A DNA stretch of 63,982 bases, counting the filler, from Intoshia linei (Eukaryota > Animalia > Orthonectida), in assembly GCA_001642005.1 (NCBI GenBank). It is 11 parts of 11 records of this genome, joined end to end, with 100 filler letters (N's around TTAATTAATTAA, not from the genome) between each part and the next. Parts side by side here need not be neighbours in the genome. Positions count along the whole stretch, not along the records: positions 13,605 to 26,580 come from LWCA01001043.1; positions 26,681 to 30,516 come from LWCA01002026.1; positions 30,617 to 39,460 come from LWCA01001413.1; 8 more parts are not named here. One strand, written 5' to 3'. Below are positions 24,672 to 37,100 of this stretch, piece by piece. The notes under the pieces are model-generated. The model saw only the letters and a program-made list of their open reading frames with translations, did no database searches and had not been told where the DNA came from. Every line of letters begins with the position of its first letter. The stretch's first letter is position 1. Both the position numbers and the translations under genes were made by a program.

Positions 24672-26035
24672 CTACACAATATTAAATAATTCTTTTTTAA
24701 TTATACTTTTTTCTCTGAGGTTTCTTATGAAATCGTAGGGATATTGACTTTCCTATATTTATAATTATATTTATTAACCTAAAATGTCACCCAAAAATGG
24801 CTCATAAAAATGAATATGCCAATAAATACGATTATTAAAATATTATGAAACGCAATTACTTTATTTTTAATTATGAGCGCCCCGTGTTCTAAAAGTATCT
24901 TGACACTTTTATAATCTTCATTTTCACAAGCTATATGTCTAATAAATATTAAAAAATGATTAAAATTATAAACAGTAAAGAATTTCCAGATTTATCGGGC
25001 ATATCAATGTCCACTTTTAATTTCAATAATTGCGAAATTATATTGTAATCCATAACTGAAACAGCTCTCGAAATTGGCGTTACATTCATTTCGTTTTTAC
25101 AAGCATTTACATCAGCTCCACTGTTTATTAATAGTTGCATTATCTATTATATGTAGATATACAATAAATAAATGTACTTGAGGCTTATGCTTTGAAATTG
25201 AAACATGAATACACTGATATCCATTAATGTCAGGAATGGTAACATCGGCGCCGTTCTCAATAAGATACTCTACAATCGGTACAGAACCAACACTAGTTGC
25301 TACCATTAAAGCGGTCCATCCAACCTTCATATAACATAATTTTTAAAGGAAATTAAAATTACATCATCTTTAGCGTTTATGTTGATATCTGAAGAAATTA
25401 AATGATCCACTATTCTTATGTGGTTGCCACTACATGCCCAATGAAGAGCATTACGACCAGACTAAACTATAAAATAAATTATTCACTATATTAAAAATAA
25501 TGTGGATAAAGAACGTAAACCCTAGTTTCCAAGTTCGTTTATTTTAAAAATAATGGAAAATCATTTAGAACAATTTTGGGTAAACTGCGATACCCAACAT
25601 AATTTACTCAATAGCAAATATCACATGTACTATTGAATTTTGATTTAAAACCCTTTCATCATAACAATAAAAATTATTTGATATTTTTTATTGAAAAATT
25701 ATCTTAAAATGCAGTTTCATTTTTTAAAGTTAAGAGATTTCAACCACCACATTGCCTTCAGAATGTTTCATATTTATTTGATGATTACTTGTTTTTTTGA
25801 ATAGGGGAAGTTAAAACTCTACATAGGGTAATATGAATATTTATGAATATTATTTATACAAGTTATGGTAACTTTTATATTTTGAAACACTAACATTATC
25901 ACACTCATTAATTTCAAAGTTATCAGTGTCTAAATATTCAATTATTCCATCCACGTTCCCGGCAAATGCCATTTCATGAAAAGGTTTTGAAGAAACTTTG
26001 GTATCAAACTTTTTATATAGTTTTGTGTTTGTCAT
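24672..26035 (-). CDS. PSMD10: Gankyrin-like ankyrin-repeat protein (26S proteasome assembly chaperone), about 238 aa, 6 exons: 26035-25895, 25461-25363, 25324-25178, 25143-24974, 24938-24860, 24752-24672
   Basis: SGRNALHWACSGNHIRIVDHL..INAKDDVGWTALMVATSVG...GYQCIHVSISKHK...TPISRAVS...DKSGNSLLHIACENE parallels gankyrin RTALHWACSAGH..DDAGWSPLHIAASAG..LHYAASKN..MHRAAAKG..GNTPLHLACDEE. Includes introns of 38, 34 and 35 bp. Confidence 0.8.
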
Positions 26036-26680
26036 TCCTTTTCCTAATACAATTAAAATTATTTATAAAATTATATATTCATATTTACGGGTTATATGAA
26101 ATTTAATTATGATAATACTTGGGATTGAAGAAGTAGTTTTAAATTTATTGCGTTTCTTTGAATTAATATTTTATATTGCTATGCCAATTTAATTTTTTTT
26201 AAATGTTATATTTATTTGTTATTAATTTTAATTGTTTTTGACCATCAAAAACAAGTTGTTAATTGTGCAAGCTGTCAAAAAATATTAATATGGTTGTTTT
26301 TTCAGCTTTAGAGAAATTTTTTACATTTACTGTACATTAGTGTTGACCTACTAATTGGTCAGATAGATACATGTATTTAAAATGAATTAATCTCTATTAA
26401 AAAAAGTATTAAAAAGTTGATACCATTATTTTACTTCTGCCACCTTTATATGAAAAGTTATCACACAAATTGCTAATTAGCCGCAAAATAAACATTAGGG
26501 CACTTCAAATTAAAATCAATTTTTTATACTATTAGGTCGTTTCATAAGTAATGTCGTTTTTATTGTAACTTTATTATAAANNNNNNNNNNNNNNNNNNNN
26601 NNNNNNNNNNNNNNNNNNNNNNNNTTAATTAATTAANNNNNNNNNNNNNNNNNNNNNNNNNNNNNNNNNNNNNNNNNNNN

Positions 26681-26804
26681 ATCAAATGTTTAAATTTAAA
26701 ATACGTTTACAATTAAGTTATGTTGATTGTGATTATTGTTCTTTATTATTGTTCCTAAGGTAATAGTTAGATATTAGATATAATAGTGGTGTATGGACAC
26801 TACA
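26681..26804 (-). repeat. 3' LTR (truncated by linker)
   Basis: Begins TGTAGTGTCC on the minus strand right after the PPT. Matches 30062-30203 apart from about 6 substitutions and 18 nt of indel. Confidence 0.92.
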
Positions 26805-26815
26805 GCTCCCCCGTC
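26805..26815 (-). promoter_or_regulatory. Polypurine tract
   Basis: GACGGGGGAGC lies immediately 5' of the 3' LTR TG. Confidence 0.8.
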
Positions 26816-29800
26816 AGGATCAATGTCTAGTTATAGTGTATGGTAGCTGTTGTTTTTGTGTAAATGGTTTATTTGGTTTAAAATTTTCGTAATGGTATGA
26901 TTTTGATTTCTGTGCACTTTTGTCATGATTTCTTTGTATTCGATTTTTGTATTGGTTGAAACTTGCTTTTGCCTCTTTGAGAATGTCCTTGTGTTGATTA
27001 TCGTCAGTGAGTGCATATTTCAGATTTTCTGTACGCCCGAACATCATTTCTATTGGCGATTTTTGTATTTTTTCACTAGGCGTTAAGCGTAAGGTGCCTA
27101 AAATAGTGCGTATCTGATCGTCCCACTCAACATTGTCATTGCTCATACAGCGTAATTTTTTACGGATTGTCCTGTTGAGTCATTTGACTTTTCAAATTTC
27201 TTGGTGGCGATAGGCCTGCGAGGAGCTTTTGTTAATGCCAAATCTTTGACACAATTTTTTAATGATGTCACTGTCGAACTGTTTTCCCTGGTCAGTTTGT
27301 ATTTAACCTGGGGGACCATACTTCAGGATTATATTATTGAAAATCACTTTTTCCATTATATCTGCTGTTATTTGAAGGATTGCAAATGCTTCAGGATAAC
27401 TAGAGAAGTGATCTGTCATTGTAACTAGGTACTTGTTTCCCTTTGTCGTGATATTAAAGGGTCCTAATATATCTATCTGCCAGAGTTGGTTGAAATGATC
27501 GGTTGATACAATTTTCAGAGGTTTGTTTAAAGAGTGATTCCTCGTCTTTAAGAGATTGCATTGTTTACAAAGCAATACATGATTTTTGATTCTGGCAAAC
27601 AGTTTTGGGATGAAGTACTTCCTGTTTATTGTGTAAAACATTTTAGTAATTCCAACATGACTAAACAAAGCGGAGTTGTGAAAGTATTTTAATACATCAT
27701 CCACACGATGCTCCGAAACAATTGGAAGCAATGTGTTTTTCGTTTTGAAACAAATCGTGTCGTTATGGATTAATAATTTCCTTCTCGTATATTGGTTGTC
27801 ATCTAAAGGTGTTATATTGTTTTGTAAGTCATATTTCAGTTTCTTCAGAACTTCGTCACTGTTTTGTTCCATCGATATGTCAAATATATGGTCTTCAATG
27901 ATATTTTTGATTGTAGGATAGCGAGAAAGAAAATCGGCAGTTACATTCTGTGAGCCTGGTAGATAAATAATGTCAAAATTAAAATCTTCTAGACTCTGTA
28001 CAATTCTGAAATGAAGAGAAGTGATGTTTTTTTGGTTTACGAATAGTAGTAAGTGAGTTATAGTCCGTTAAAACCGCGAAATGACGTCCTTTGAGGTAAT
28101 ATTTCAGTTTTAATATGACCCACTGTATCGCTAACAGTTCTTTATTGACGGTACTATAATTGTTCTGAGCACCAGACAGTGTTTTGCTGGCAAATTCAAT
28201 TATCTTGTTAATTTGTTTAAGAACGGCACCAATCCCTGAATTCGAGGCATCAGTTTCGAGAGTAAATGGTTTGTTTAGATCAGCAAAATTTAGGATAGGT
28301 GTTGATGTTAATACATGTTTCAGGTTGTCAAAGGCTTGTTGACAATTTGGAGACCATTCAAACAAAACATTTTTCTTCAAGAGAGATTGTAAAGATTGGA
28401 TGATAGAGGAGTAGTTTTTGATGCACGAGCGTTGATAATTGCACATTCCCAAGAAGCTCCTAAGTTTCTTTATACCTGTCGGTGTTGTAATGTCTTTTAA
28501 AGAAGATATTTTGTCAGGATCTGACTATTCCTTAATTATTTATCAACCTTCCAAGAAATTTGAATTGGGTTACACCTATTTTAAACTTGTCATTGTTTAA
28601 GGTAAGGCCGGCATTCCTTATTAATGTGAAAACTTTTTGTAGGTCCGACAAATGTTTATGAACTGAAGATGATGCGATTACTACGTCGTTAACATATACG
28701 AATACATTGTTTATTTTAGAGAATAGTTGATCCATTATTCGCTGGAAGGTGGCAGTGGCATTTTTTAGCCCCATTGGCATCACTTGGAATTGGTAGAGTT
28801 TTGAACCATAATGACTGGCAAAGGCATTTTGTGTCTATCAGATTTCCGAATTGGTATTTGCCAAAAACCTGTAGTAAAGTCAAGAGTAGAAAATATTGTT
28901 TTGGAGTTCAGAGAATTAAGGATTTCAGATTGACTCGCGGTCGGATAGTTGTCTTTAATGGTAATTTCGTTTAATTTACGAAAATCGCTGAGGAAGCGAT
29001 ACGATCCATTATTTTTGCGTTTCAGAAATTTAGCAGAGCGAAAATTACTTGTCGATGGTGCGATGACGCCATTATCGAGCATGTGTTTAATTAATTACAC
29101 AGTTTAAAAATCACATGTTTCATGGTTATTGTTTAAACGCAATTTTATTAAACTGAAGTGTTTAATAGTGTCATTGTTATATGATTTGAGGACTATGTTT
29201 GACTTAGAAGTTGGTGTGTGTTGGAAATGCTTTTTTATGGATGACAAACTAATGAGGTTGACTGGGGAACCTCATTTTCGTTCCTAGCTTCAGTTTCCAT
29301 TTCCAAATTGAGTTTTTGAAATGACTGTTGAACAAAATTTACTTGTTTCGAATGACAAACTGTGCTAAAATGACCTTGAATTCCACACTTTAAGCATTTC
29401 TTTGACCAGGCTTTACAGTTTGGTCTAGTGGTGCAGTTGCCACCACATTTATGCATTTATTCACAGTATTATTTGAGAACGTTTTTGTCTTTTGAAATGA
29501 TAGTTTCAATTGTTCGTGGGCTTCACACTTCATGATGCAGTCATCTAGTGATCAATTATTTGTCGTCAGTATTTTTTTTGCAATTCTGTGTCATTAAGAC
29601 TAAATATAATTTGATCCAATAATAATTCGTTGTGTAACGAATTATATTTACACCTGTTTATAAGTTTACGTGTTCTGCAGAGAAATTCGTTAAATTTTTC
29701 ATTAGATATTTTTTTGACTTCATGAATTCATATCGATTTAAAAGGTTGTTTCAAATCGAATATAGTATTTTCTTTTTAATTGCTGCGTAACTTTCCGTTT

Positions 29801-30013
29801 CATTGATATCCAGTCGCTCCACTGCTTTACTACCTAAAAGATTTTTGCATATGAGTGATTGGGTGCTCGCTGCAAGTTTCTTTTCGACAGTATTGATTTT
29901 AATCAAGGCCATGTAATTTTCAAAATCTTTTAACCACCTGTGAGGATCACATGAGAATTTTCCACTAATTATCCGTTGCTTTGGTTTATTAATGAAATTT
30001 TCATATTAATTTG

Positions 30014-30025
30014 GTATTTTAAATT
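30014..30025 (-). promoter_or_regulatory. Non-tRNA primer-binding site (candidate self-priming PBS)
   Basis: AATTTAAAATAC directly follows the 5' LTR CA, with no TGG. It is complementary to GTATTTTAAATT inside the LTR. Confidence 0.55.
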
Positions 30026-30203
30026 TGTAATGATTCAATATTTGAAAGTAAGACTTTAATGATCAAATGTTTAAATTTAAAATATGTTTACAATTAAGTT
30101 ATGTTGATTGTGATTATTTTTATAGTGATTGTTCTTGTTTTTTATTATTGTTCCTAAGGTAATAGCTAAATAGTAGATATGATAGTGGTGTATGAACACT
30201 ACA
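30026..30203 (-). repeat. 5' LTR, 178 bp
   Basis: TGTAGTG...CATTACA termini form a 6/7 inverted repeat with TG..CA. The gag start lies about 22 nt downstream. Confidence 0.88.
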
Positions 30204-30757
30204 TGTATCAACAACATATATGCAAAATATATACAATACAAAATAAATTTTTACTATCACAATGATATTAATGTGATCATTTAGTATAAGTGAAAAAGAA
30301 GATGATCAGTCATGTCGTTGTATGTGTTCAATTTTTGTAATTTTTGAAGAATTGATTAGAATTGGATACACGGATGAAATATCTCTAAAGGCTGCCGTAG
30401 AAAATCGTGCAAAATATGAATTAACTAGTAAATTTTCAAATTTTTAAAATTGTCTTTTATTTAAAGGAGTGGTTCCCAAACTTGTTTCAGGTGGAATCGT
30501 CATATCACATTACTTTNNNNNNNNNNNNNNNNNNNNNNNNNNNNNNNNNNNNNNNNNNNNTTAATTAATTAANNNNNNNNNNNNNNNNNNNNNNNNNNNN
30601 NNNNNNNNNNNNNNNNAAATTGAATATTTTCAAAATTTTCATATGGTGGAAGGGTGCACTTTTGATATAATAATTCCTTTATACCTCTAATGTACATAGT
30701 ATAGAATACAACAAAAATATATGATAAATTATACATAATCGATATCTAAATAATTAC

Positions 30758-32105
30758 GCTGTTAAATGTTGATCCAAATGAAGATGTCTTTGGTGGGCCG
30801 GGTGTTGGATTCTCCTAAATAGAAATTATATAATTTTTAATAGTTGATAATATTTAATAAAAAACTAAGAATAATATAGAACACTCAAAATAATAGAATA
30901 TACTAATAAACTGTATATGTTTTATTAAGAGCGCCAACCCCAAAACACGTTCAAAATTTTTTGTTTAAATAAAACGTCAAGCGTCATAGAAAGATGTTTT
31001 AGTTTAATCGGAATAAATCTATAAAGATTTAAATAAAAGAGATCTTCTGATCACGCCTTCAAAATTGAAAATACACTTACTCCACAAAATGAATCATGGT
31101 AGCGCAGTGAAATACTATAACGAGTGTAAACTTTACACTGTAAAGTTAACACATTAACTTTGAAAGATTATTATAATAATAACTAAATTTAATTACAATC
31201 CCTGTTAATAACTAAAGAGTTGAAAATTCAATAAAATTAATTACTAACTTATTCTTGTTTCAAACCAACAACGTACAAAACTAAAGCAGTCATAATATTT
31301 ATTAGCAATAACTTTATAAAAAATGGCCTGCGAAACATTTAATGTGAAATGACTGGCCTATGACAAAATTTGGTTCGATAGCCTCTGCTTTAAAGCGTTG
31401 GTAAATGTGATTGTAACATGTTGAGTAATACTGACATGTCTATACAAGATTAAATTTATTTTTTAATTTAAGTTAATAATCCAAAAAACTTCCCCTTGAA
31501 CTAGACACTGTTTGTACAATAAATCTAAATCAGGGTTGTCAATTATGCGTTCCGCGGGCCATTTGCGGGCCCTAATTATAGAATGTGCTTTATAACAAAA
31601 TTTTTTACCCATATTTTTTTTTTTACATATTTTTCATAGATTTATTTATTTCTGATTACAATTAGCATTACTTATGCTCATATTTCATTATTGTTTTTTA
31701 TTTTATTTTATTAATTAATTAAAACTGTTAGTTTAATAATAATTTGAGTTAAGATATTTTTTTTGCGGCCCGTCAAGCAAATTGAGTCTGACACTCTGAT
31801 ATAGATATACAAAATAGTCAATTTATAGTATATTATACACGTATTGCTCGTTGTCCAAAGGTGACTCGATCTTTCTGGTCCACACCGTTTCCATTGATTG
31901 ACTTAAGTAATTTATAAATTATAATATATTTTATTTTTAATATACATTTATTATGTATTATGTATTTATTATAATTGTTCATGTAATTAATAAAAAATTA
32001 ATAAAATTAATAAAAAAATACTTTATTTGTAGTAAAAATAGATGGTAAAGGAATTTGTGGCGTTTCAGTGTTCGATTGCTTCATGTTTGTAACATTTGTA
32101 ATTTT
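30758..32105 (-). CDS. Candidate small exons of an unidentified gene (32105-32022, 31901-31841, 30814-30758)
   Basis: Short, relatively GC-rich open segments bounded by ag/gt (KITNVTNMKQSNTETPQIPLPSIFTTNK; SINGNGVDQKDRVTFGQRAI; ENPTPGPPKTSSFGSTFNS). Phases are not fully reconciled. Confidence 0.3.
31531..31798. mobile_element. hAT MITE
   Basis: CAGGGTTGTCA / TGACACTCTG ends with GCGGGCC subterminal motifs. Flanks ATCTAAAT / ATATAGAT match 6/8. Confidence 0.7.
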
Positions 32106-32651
32106 CTAAGTAGAAAATTGTAATTGTAAAATTACTTAGTAAGTTGTATAAATTTATTACATGTAAAAATAAATTTTTAATTATCCTTATTATTAGCGAC
32201 TGATTTTCGATTAATCGATTGTTCAAAAAACTGACTAATTGCTTTACAATAATCGGAAAAAAATCATTGGAATAAAAATTTAAATTTTAAATAAACGTTA
32301 CATTGATAATTATAAATTTGTTAATTGATTATTGTTTATAAACGATTTTTATTAAATCACTAATATTTGGTTTGTTGTTATAATTGCATCGTATATGAAG
32401 AATCTCATTGAACGCTTATTGAAGATAAACTACTCTACTCGAGATAATTTGTTTATGTCGTATAATAAGATGGAATTGTCTTGAAATAAAATGATTGAAC
32501 GATTCTATTTAATTAAATGACTTATTAAAATTGCCATGATTGATTTAAACATAAATGGCACATGATATACTCGATATCATCAAGCCTAGAAGGAAAAAAC
32601 TATCTCCCATCTTTGTAAATTTCTGATTTAATTCATTTCATTAGTTTAAAT

Positions 32652-33187
32652 CAGTGGTTCCCGATTCAAATTCTGCACAGACACCCTTTAAAATATTTAT
32701 TTTTTGGACCCCAAAGTAAACATACAATATATAAAATTTATGAAAAAATTAAAGGCTTTTTCTCATAAGATTCGGTCAATTCGAATTTTAAAAAAAATAT
32801 TGGAAAAATGGAATTTCCACTTAAGTTAGGTTGGTAAAATTAATTTATTATCTTGGATTAAGAAGTTGTTGTTCCTAAGATTTTAGAAAAATGGTATTTT
32901 ACCTTAAGGGTTGGTAAAATTGGATTTTTTTCATAAGGTTAAATTTTTCAAAAAAATATCGGTAAAAGTCGATTTAACCCTGAGGGTTTTAAATGGTATT
33001 TTTAATTAAATTTTATTAATAGTGGGTTTTTTGAAATAATAATGTAGTGGTCGTCTAGGCTTTAGGATGAATTCGCAACTCTGTAATAAATAATAAAAAA
33101 TTTTATATATTTTATTTGAATCTCACAGACCCAATGCATATAGGTTTGGACCCCGTGGGATGCAGGGACCTCAATCAAAAACCACTG
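32652..33187. mobile_element. hAT MITE carrying internal minisatellite
   Basis: CAGTGGTT / AACCACTG ends and flanks GTTTAAAT / CTTTATAT. Internal AGGGTTGGTAAAATT repeats resemble 39690-40200. Confidence 0.65.
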
Positions 33188-33624
33188 CTTTATATTCACT
33201 AAATATGATTATATAGGAGTCATGTAAATTAAATACATATATAAAATAAATACATATATATAACTGTACTTTTGAAAAATTAGTAATACATATAGATATT
33301 TTATCGAATTTAGTCACTGAATCATATCTAATTGAAACCAATTCTAATCATGATGAAGAAAGTAAAAACTTAATTGAGATTGGACTGAAATATAAAAAAT
33401 ATTTATGCGAAATACTTTGTGTGGCAAAATCTTTCAAATGAGAATGACTGAATGATAAAAAATGGTAATAGAGCACAAAGACATAAAGTTCATACATTTT
33501 TGAAATAGTGTCGATGCAGAATCTCCATTTAAAATATACCACTATTTTTAAATATAAGATGGTTAAGTGCGGGTAAATCTCTGCAACAATTTAATTTTTA
33601 AAATTTTGGAATACACCTAATATA

Positions 33625-34022
33625 CAGTGAGTATAGATTAAGCGGACATTTTGTTTTTAGGCTTTATATGTGGGTAACCATAGTTATAATATACAATTGA
33701 ATAATAAAAAATGTTAAAAATTAACAAATATTATGAACGAAATGACAATTTTGAAAACATTTTTTTTTCTTTTAACCCGTTACTAGTAGCGCATTTTTAT
33801 AACGTAAACAGTCGCAAGATTACAAAAATTTAAGTTTTTAATATTAAATTTATTTAGATTTTCATAGCACATGGTTCTTTTTTTTTGTCAAAAGTTTACT
33901 TTTTGCCTGATATATTTCATTTTATATACAGAAATAGTGTAAATAGTGAAAATGTTAAAATTTTTAAAAAATGGGCTAATTTTTCTTAACTAATGCATGG
34001 TCCGCTTAATCTGTTGCTACTG
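33625..34022. mobile_element. Tc1/mariner-type MITE
   Basis: TA|CAGTGAGTATAGATTAAGCGGAC ... GTCCGCTTAATCTGTTGCTACTG|TA: imperfect TIRs with a TA TSD. Confidence 0.75.
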
Positions 34023-34164
34023 TATTCCATGTAGACTTCGAATCAATTTTTAATTTTGTTGTTTCGTGTAATAGTTTAAAGTTTAAAAATTACTTTGAAT
34101 TTTTTCAATAATAATTTCTGACTAATTATACGACTTTTCTTTTTCTATGCTATATATTAATTTA

Positions 34165-37100
34165 TCATTGTATTACTGTTAAATTTTGAACAGTATTTAT
34201 TAATATAATGTATAATGTAATAACCTTTGTTTTTAACAGTTCATTTGCTTCCATACTATCAATTTCCTCTGTTTCAAATCTCCTCAACTTTTCCAAGACA
34301 TTTTCAGTCGTACGTTTCAAATTTGACAATTTTTTATCGATTTTTGATGAAATCAATTTAGTCCACAATTCTTCATTTTCCTTCAACATGTAACATTGAT
34401 TTGAGACGAGTTTAACCTTAAGTAATTACATTATTTCCAATATATTCTAAATTGACACAATTAAAAAGTACCAATCCAGTGTCGCAATTTTTCACATAAA
34501 TTCCCTTATCTACACTGAGAACATGGGTTTCACATTTATCAACAACTTTAACATATAGCGGTGGCATATAAAGTCTTGGACCTTTGACTAACCATTTTTC
34601 TCCAGCTTTTCGTTCGACTTTATCCTAAACATACGATAATGATTATCTTATTTATATTTACTTATACAATGTTAAAGTATATAAATATGTGTGTTTGCTT
34701 TGTCTGTGTTACCATTTATTTAATAAACTGACTGTCCTAGAAATTTAAATAAACGAAATATACGTTAGTTTTTTTCGGCAACTTTTTTATAGCTTGCAAA
34801 TTTTAAAAAATCGGATCTCCACCGCCAATTACATAACTTACCTATTAATTTCAAGATCAACTAAAATATAACTTTGTAATGATAATTTTGAGAATATATA
34901 TAAATACATCGTTACTTATATAATATAATACGCAATATTTGATTGTGTGTGTTACCGTTTATTTCAGTAACTACCAGTCTTAGAATTGTATAAACTCCAC
35001 ATTTCAATTACAGTTTTTTCCGGTGTTATCAAACTAAATTTCAACCTCCCATACTTACATCTTATGGGTCAAAAAGACCAATTGTCCTTTTTTTGAAAAT
35101 CAAACGAGTTTGAGAATTTAATAAAATATATACGCTGATCCGAATTTTAAAATTATAAATATTATCATAAATTTAAATTTAAAAAAATTATATCTTCAGG
35201 GCCAAAACCTCAAATTACCTTTTTTTTTAATGAAAACAGCCCTAGAATTTAAAAAAAATTACAGGTGGTACAGTTGTATCCTGTTAATACACAAAAAATT
35301 TCAATCCGAATAAGTGACGACTTCACGGTAAAAAAAGCATTTTAGTAGTAATAAATTTTTTTTCCGAAATATTTTATTAAAACAAAAAATGTGAAATAAT
35401 TAACGGTTGTGAGACAGAATATTATTTCAATATCAGAAAAATATATATTAATTCTGTAATTACCTCATCAATTATATCTTTTGATGCAATAACCTTAACT
35501 GCCTCATATCGTTTCAATAAAACCATTTTTTCTTGAGGTCCTACAGTACTACCTATCGACCAATGATAATAACATGGACCTATTATTCTTTCCAGTTTTG
35601 GCTTTGAAAATTCTGCATCCTTGTTCTTTTCCATGATTGTTACATTTAAATATTGATCAATGTCAAGATACTTTGGATTAACTGTTTCTAATATCTATTT
35701 AAATATTATAGATTAGTATAAAAAATAGAATTTAAAATAATGACAGGCAGTTTGATTGATCTAATAAGTTAAAATTTAATTATTAAAATAAATGTGCCTT
35801 AGCAAATTAATTAATTTAAGTGGTTCGTGAAAATTTTTTATGTTAGTGAGTTAACCGCCGGTAAATAAAAAGTTTGACAGGACACACTCCAACAAAATTT
35901 GAATTTTTTCAATTTGTTGTGCGCAATCATTGAAACTGCAAAATTATAGAAACAAGTATTTTAAGATTATGCAAGAAAAAGCTGCGAAAGCTTGAAAATG
36001 AAAAATGAAAAATGACACGAAACATGTCGTATCTTATCTGCATAACAAACTTAATGTTGTGTAATATAAAATTAGATCATTGACCATTTCAACTTTATTT
36101 GCTGTATATTCAGTGTAAAGGGCCAAATAATTAATATTTTTGGGGATATAATTTGTTCCAAATTTTAATTTTATTGATGATTTCAAGTTTTAGAAATAGG
36201 TGGAACTAGAATTTATTTATTATTAATATTTTTTTTTAACATCTGCTAACCCTCCATATTTATTTCGCACTTTTATGGTATGCAATAGAAGGCATTATTA
36301 AAGTATAATTTTAACCATTTTAATAGATTTTTTATTTATTTCCAGTATCTAACAAAATCAGTAATGTTAATATCATTGTTGGTAATACATCATTTATTAT
36401 ATTTGGTAGTTTGTACCAAGCTATTATAAACTTAAAATTTCTAAGTAGTATCAATTGTGCATAAATAATTTACAGTTTCATTGTTGGACTTATAATAAAG
36501 TAGTGTATCTTCACTTGAAACGACCCATTGATCTCCAGCGACTCTAGCTATACCAAACATGTCTTCAAAATTTGAGGTACATTGAATGAATAGGAAATGC
36601 TAAACAATGGATAAAATAAATGCGTCCATCTGAATAAAATACATCAATGATTCTATCACAGATCAATAAGTTAAATTAAGTATATTCAATGATTATTGTG
36701 TAAAGCCCTTGAAAGGGAAGGAATACAGCCAAAGCTACAGGCTTGAGGGCCACCGATAATCAAAAATAGTCCCTACATAAATTTTATCAAAAGATGCGAA
36801 ATGTTATACAGCATCCAGTCACCTTCCGATGAGTCTAGATTGGACATTTTCAATTTAAGACATAAATATTTATGATATTCAAAAAATGAGTCACGTAGAT
36901 GGGTCTCGGTACTGTACTTCGGATAAGAATATTATTGTATGTATGGACGGTGGGCATGGGCGCTTAGTCAAAAATTTAAAAATGTACTTAAATTTGATTT
37001 TTGTACATGTCATGTATGTGTAATGCATAATACACCGGTAAATTAATGCGGATATTGGTTATGATTAATCAACCAATCAATAAAAAATCAAGGAAAGTAT

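Larger units (their letters stand above)
26681..30203 (-). mobile_element. Ty3/gypsy LTR retrotransposon, decayed (gag, RT, RNase H, integrase; protease region apparently deleted)
   Basis: Two LTR copies and a PPT. gag with W..FENY and CxxC..C..CxxC...GH...C knuckles; RT (LDFTTGFWQI, MPMGLKNATATFQR, YVND); RNase H (TDASNSGIGAVL, KELLAI); integrase (HHCC, QIDILGP). Frameshifts and stops throughout. Confidence 0.95.

Noticed and set aside
32180-34170. Stop-codon reassignment to explain in-frame stops in the MVP 3' traces
   Set aside because: Other genes here end normally at TAA/TAG and have no internal stops; decay is the simpler explanation.
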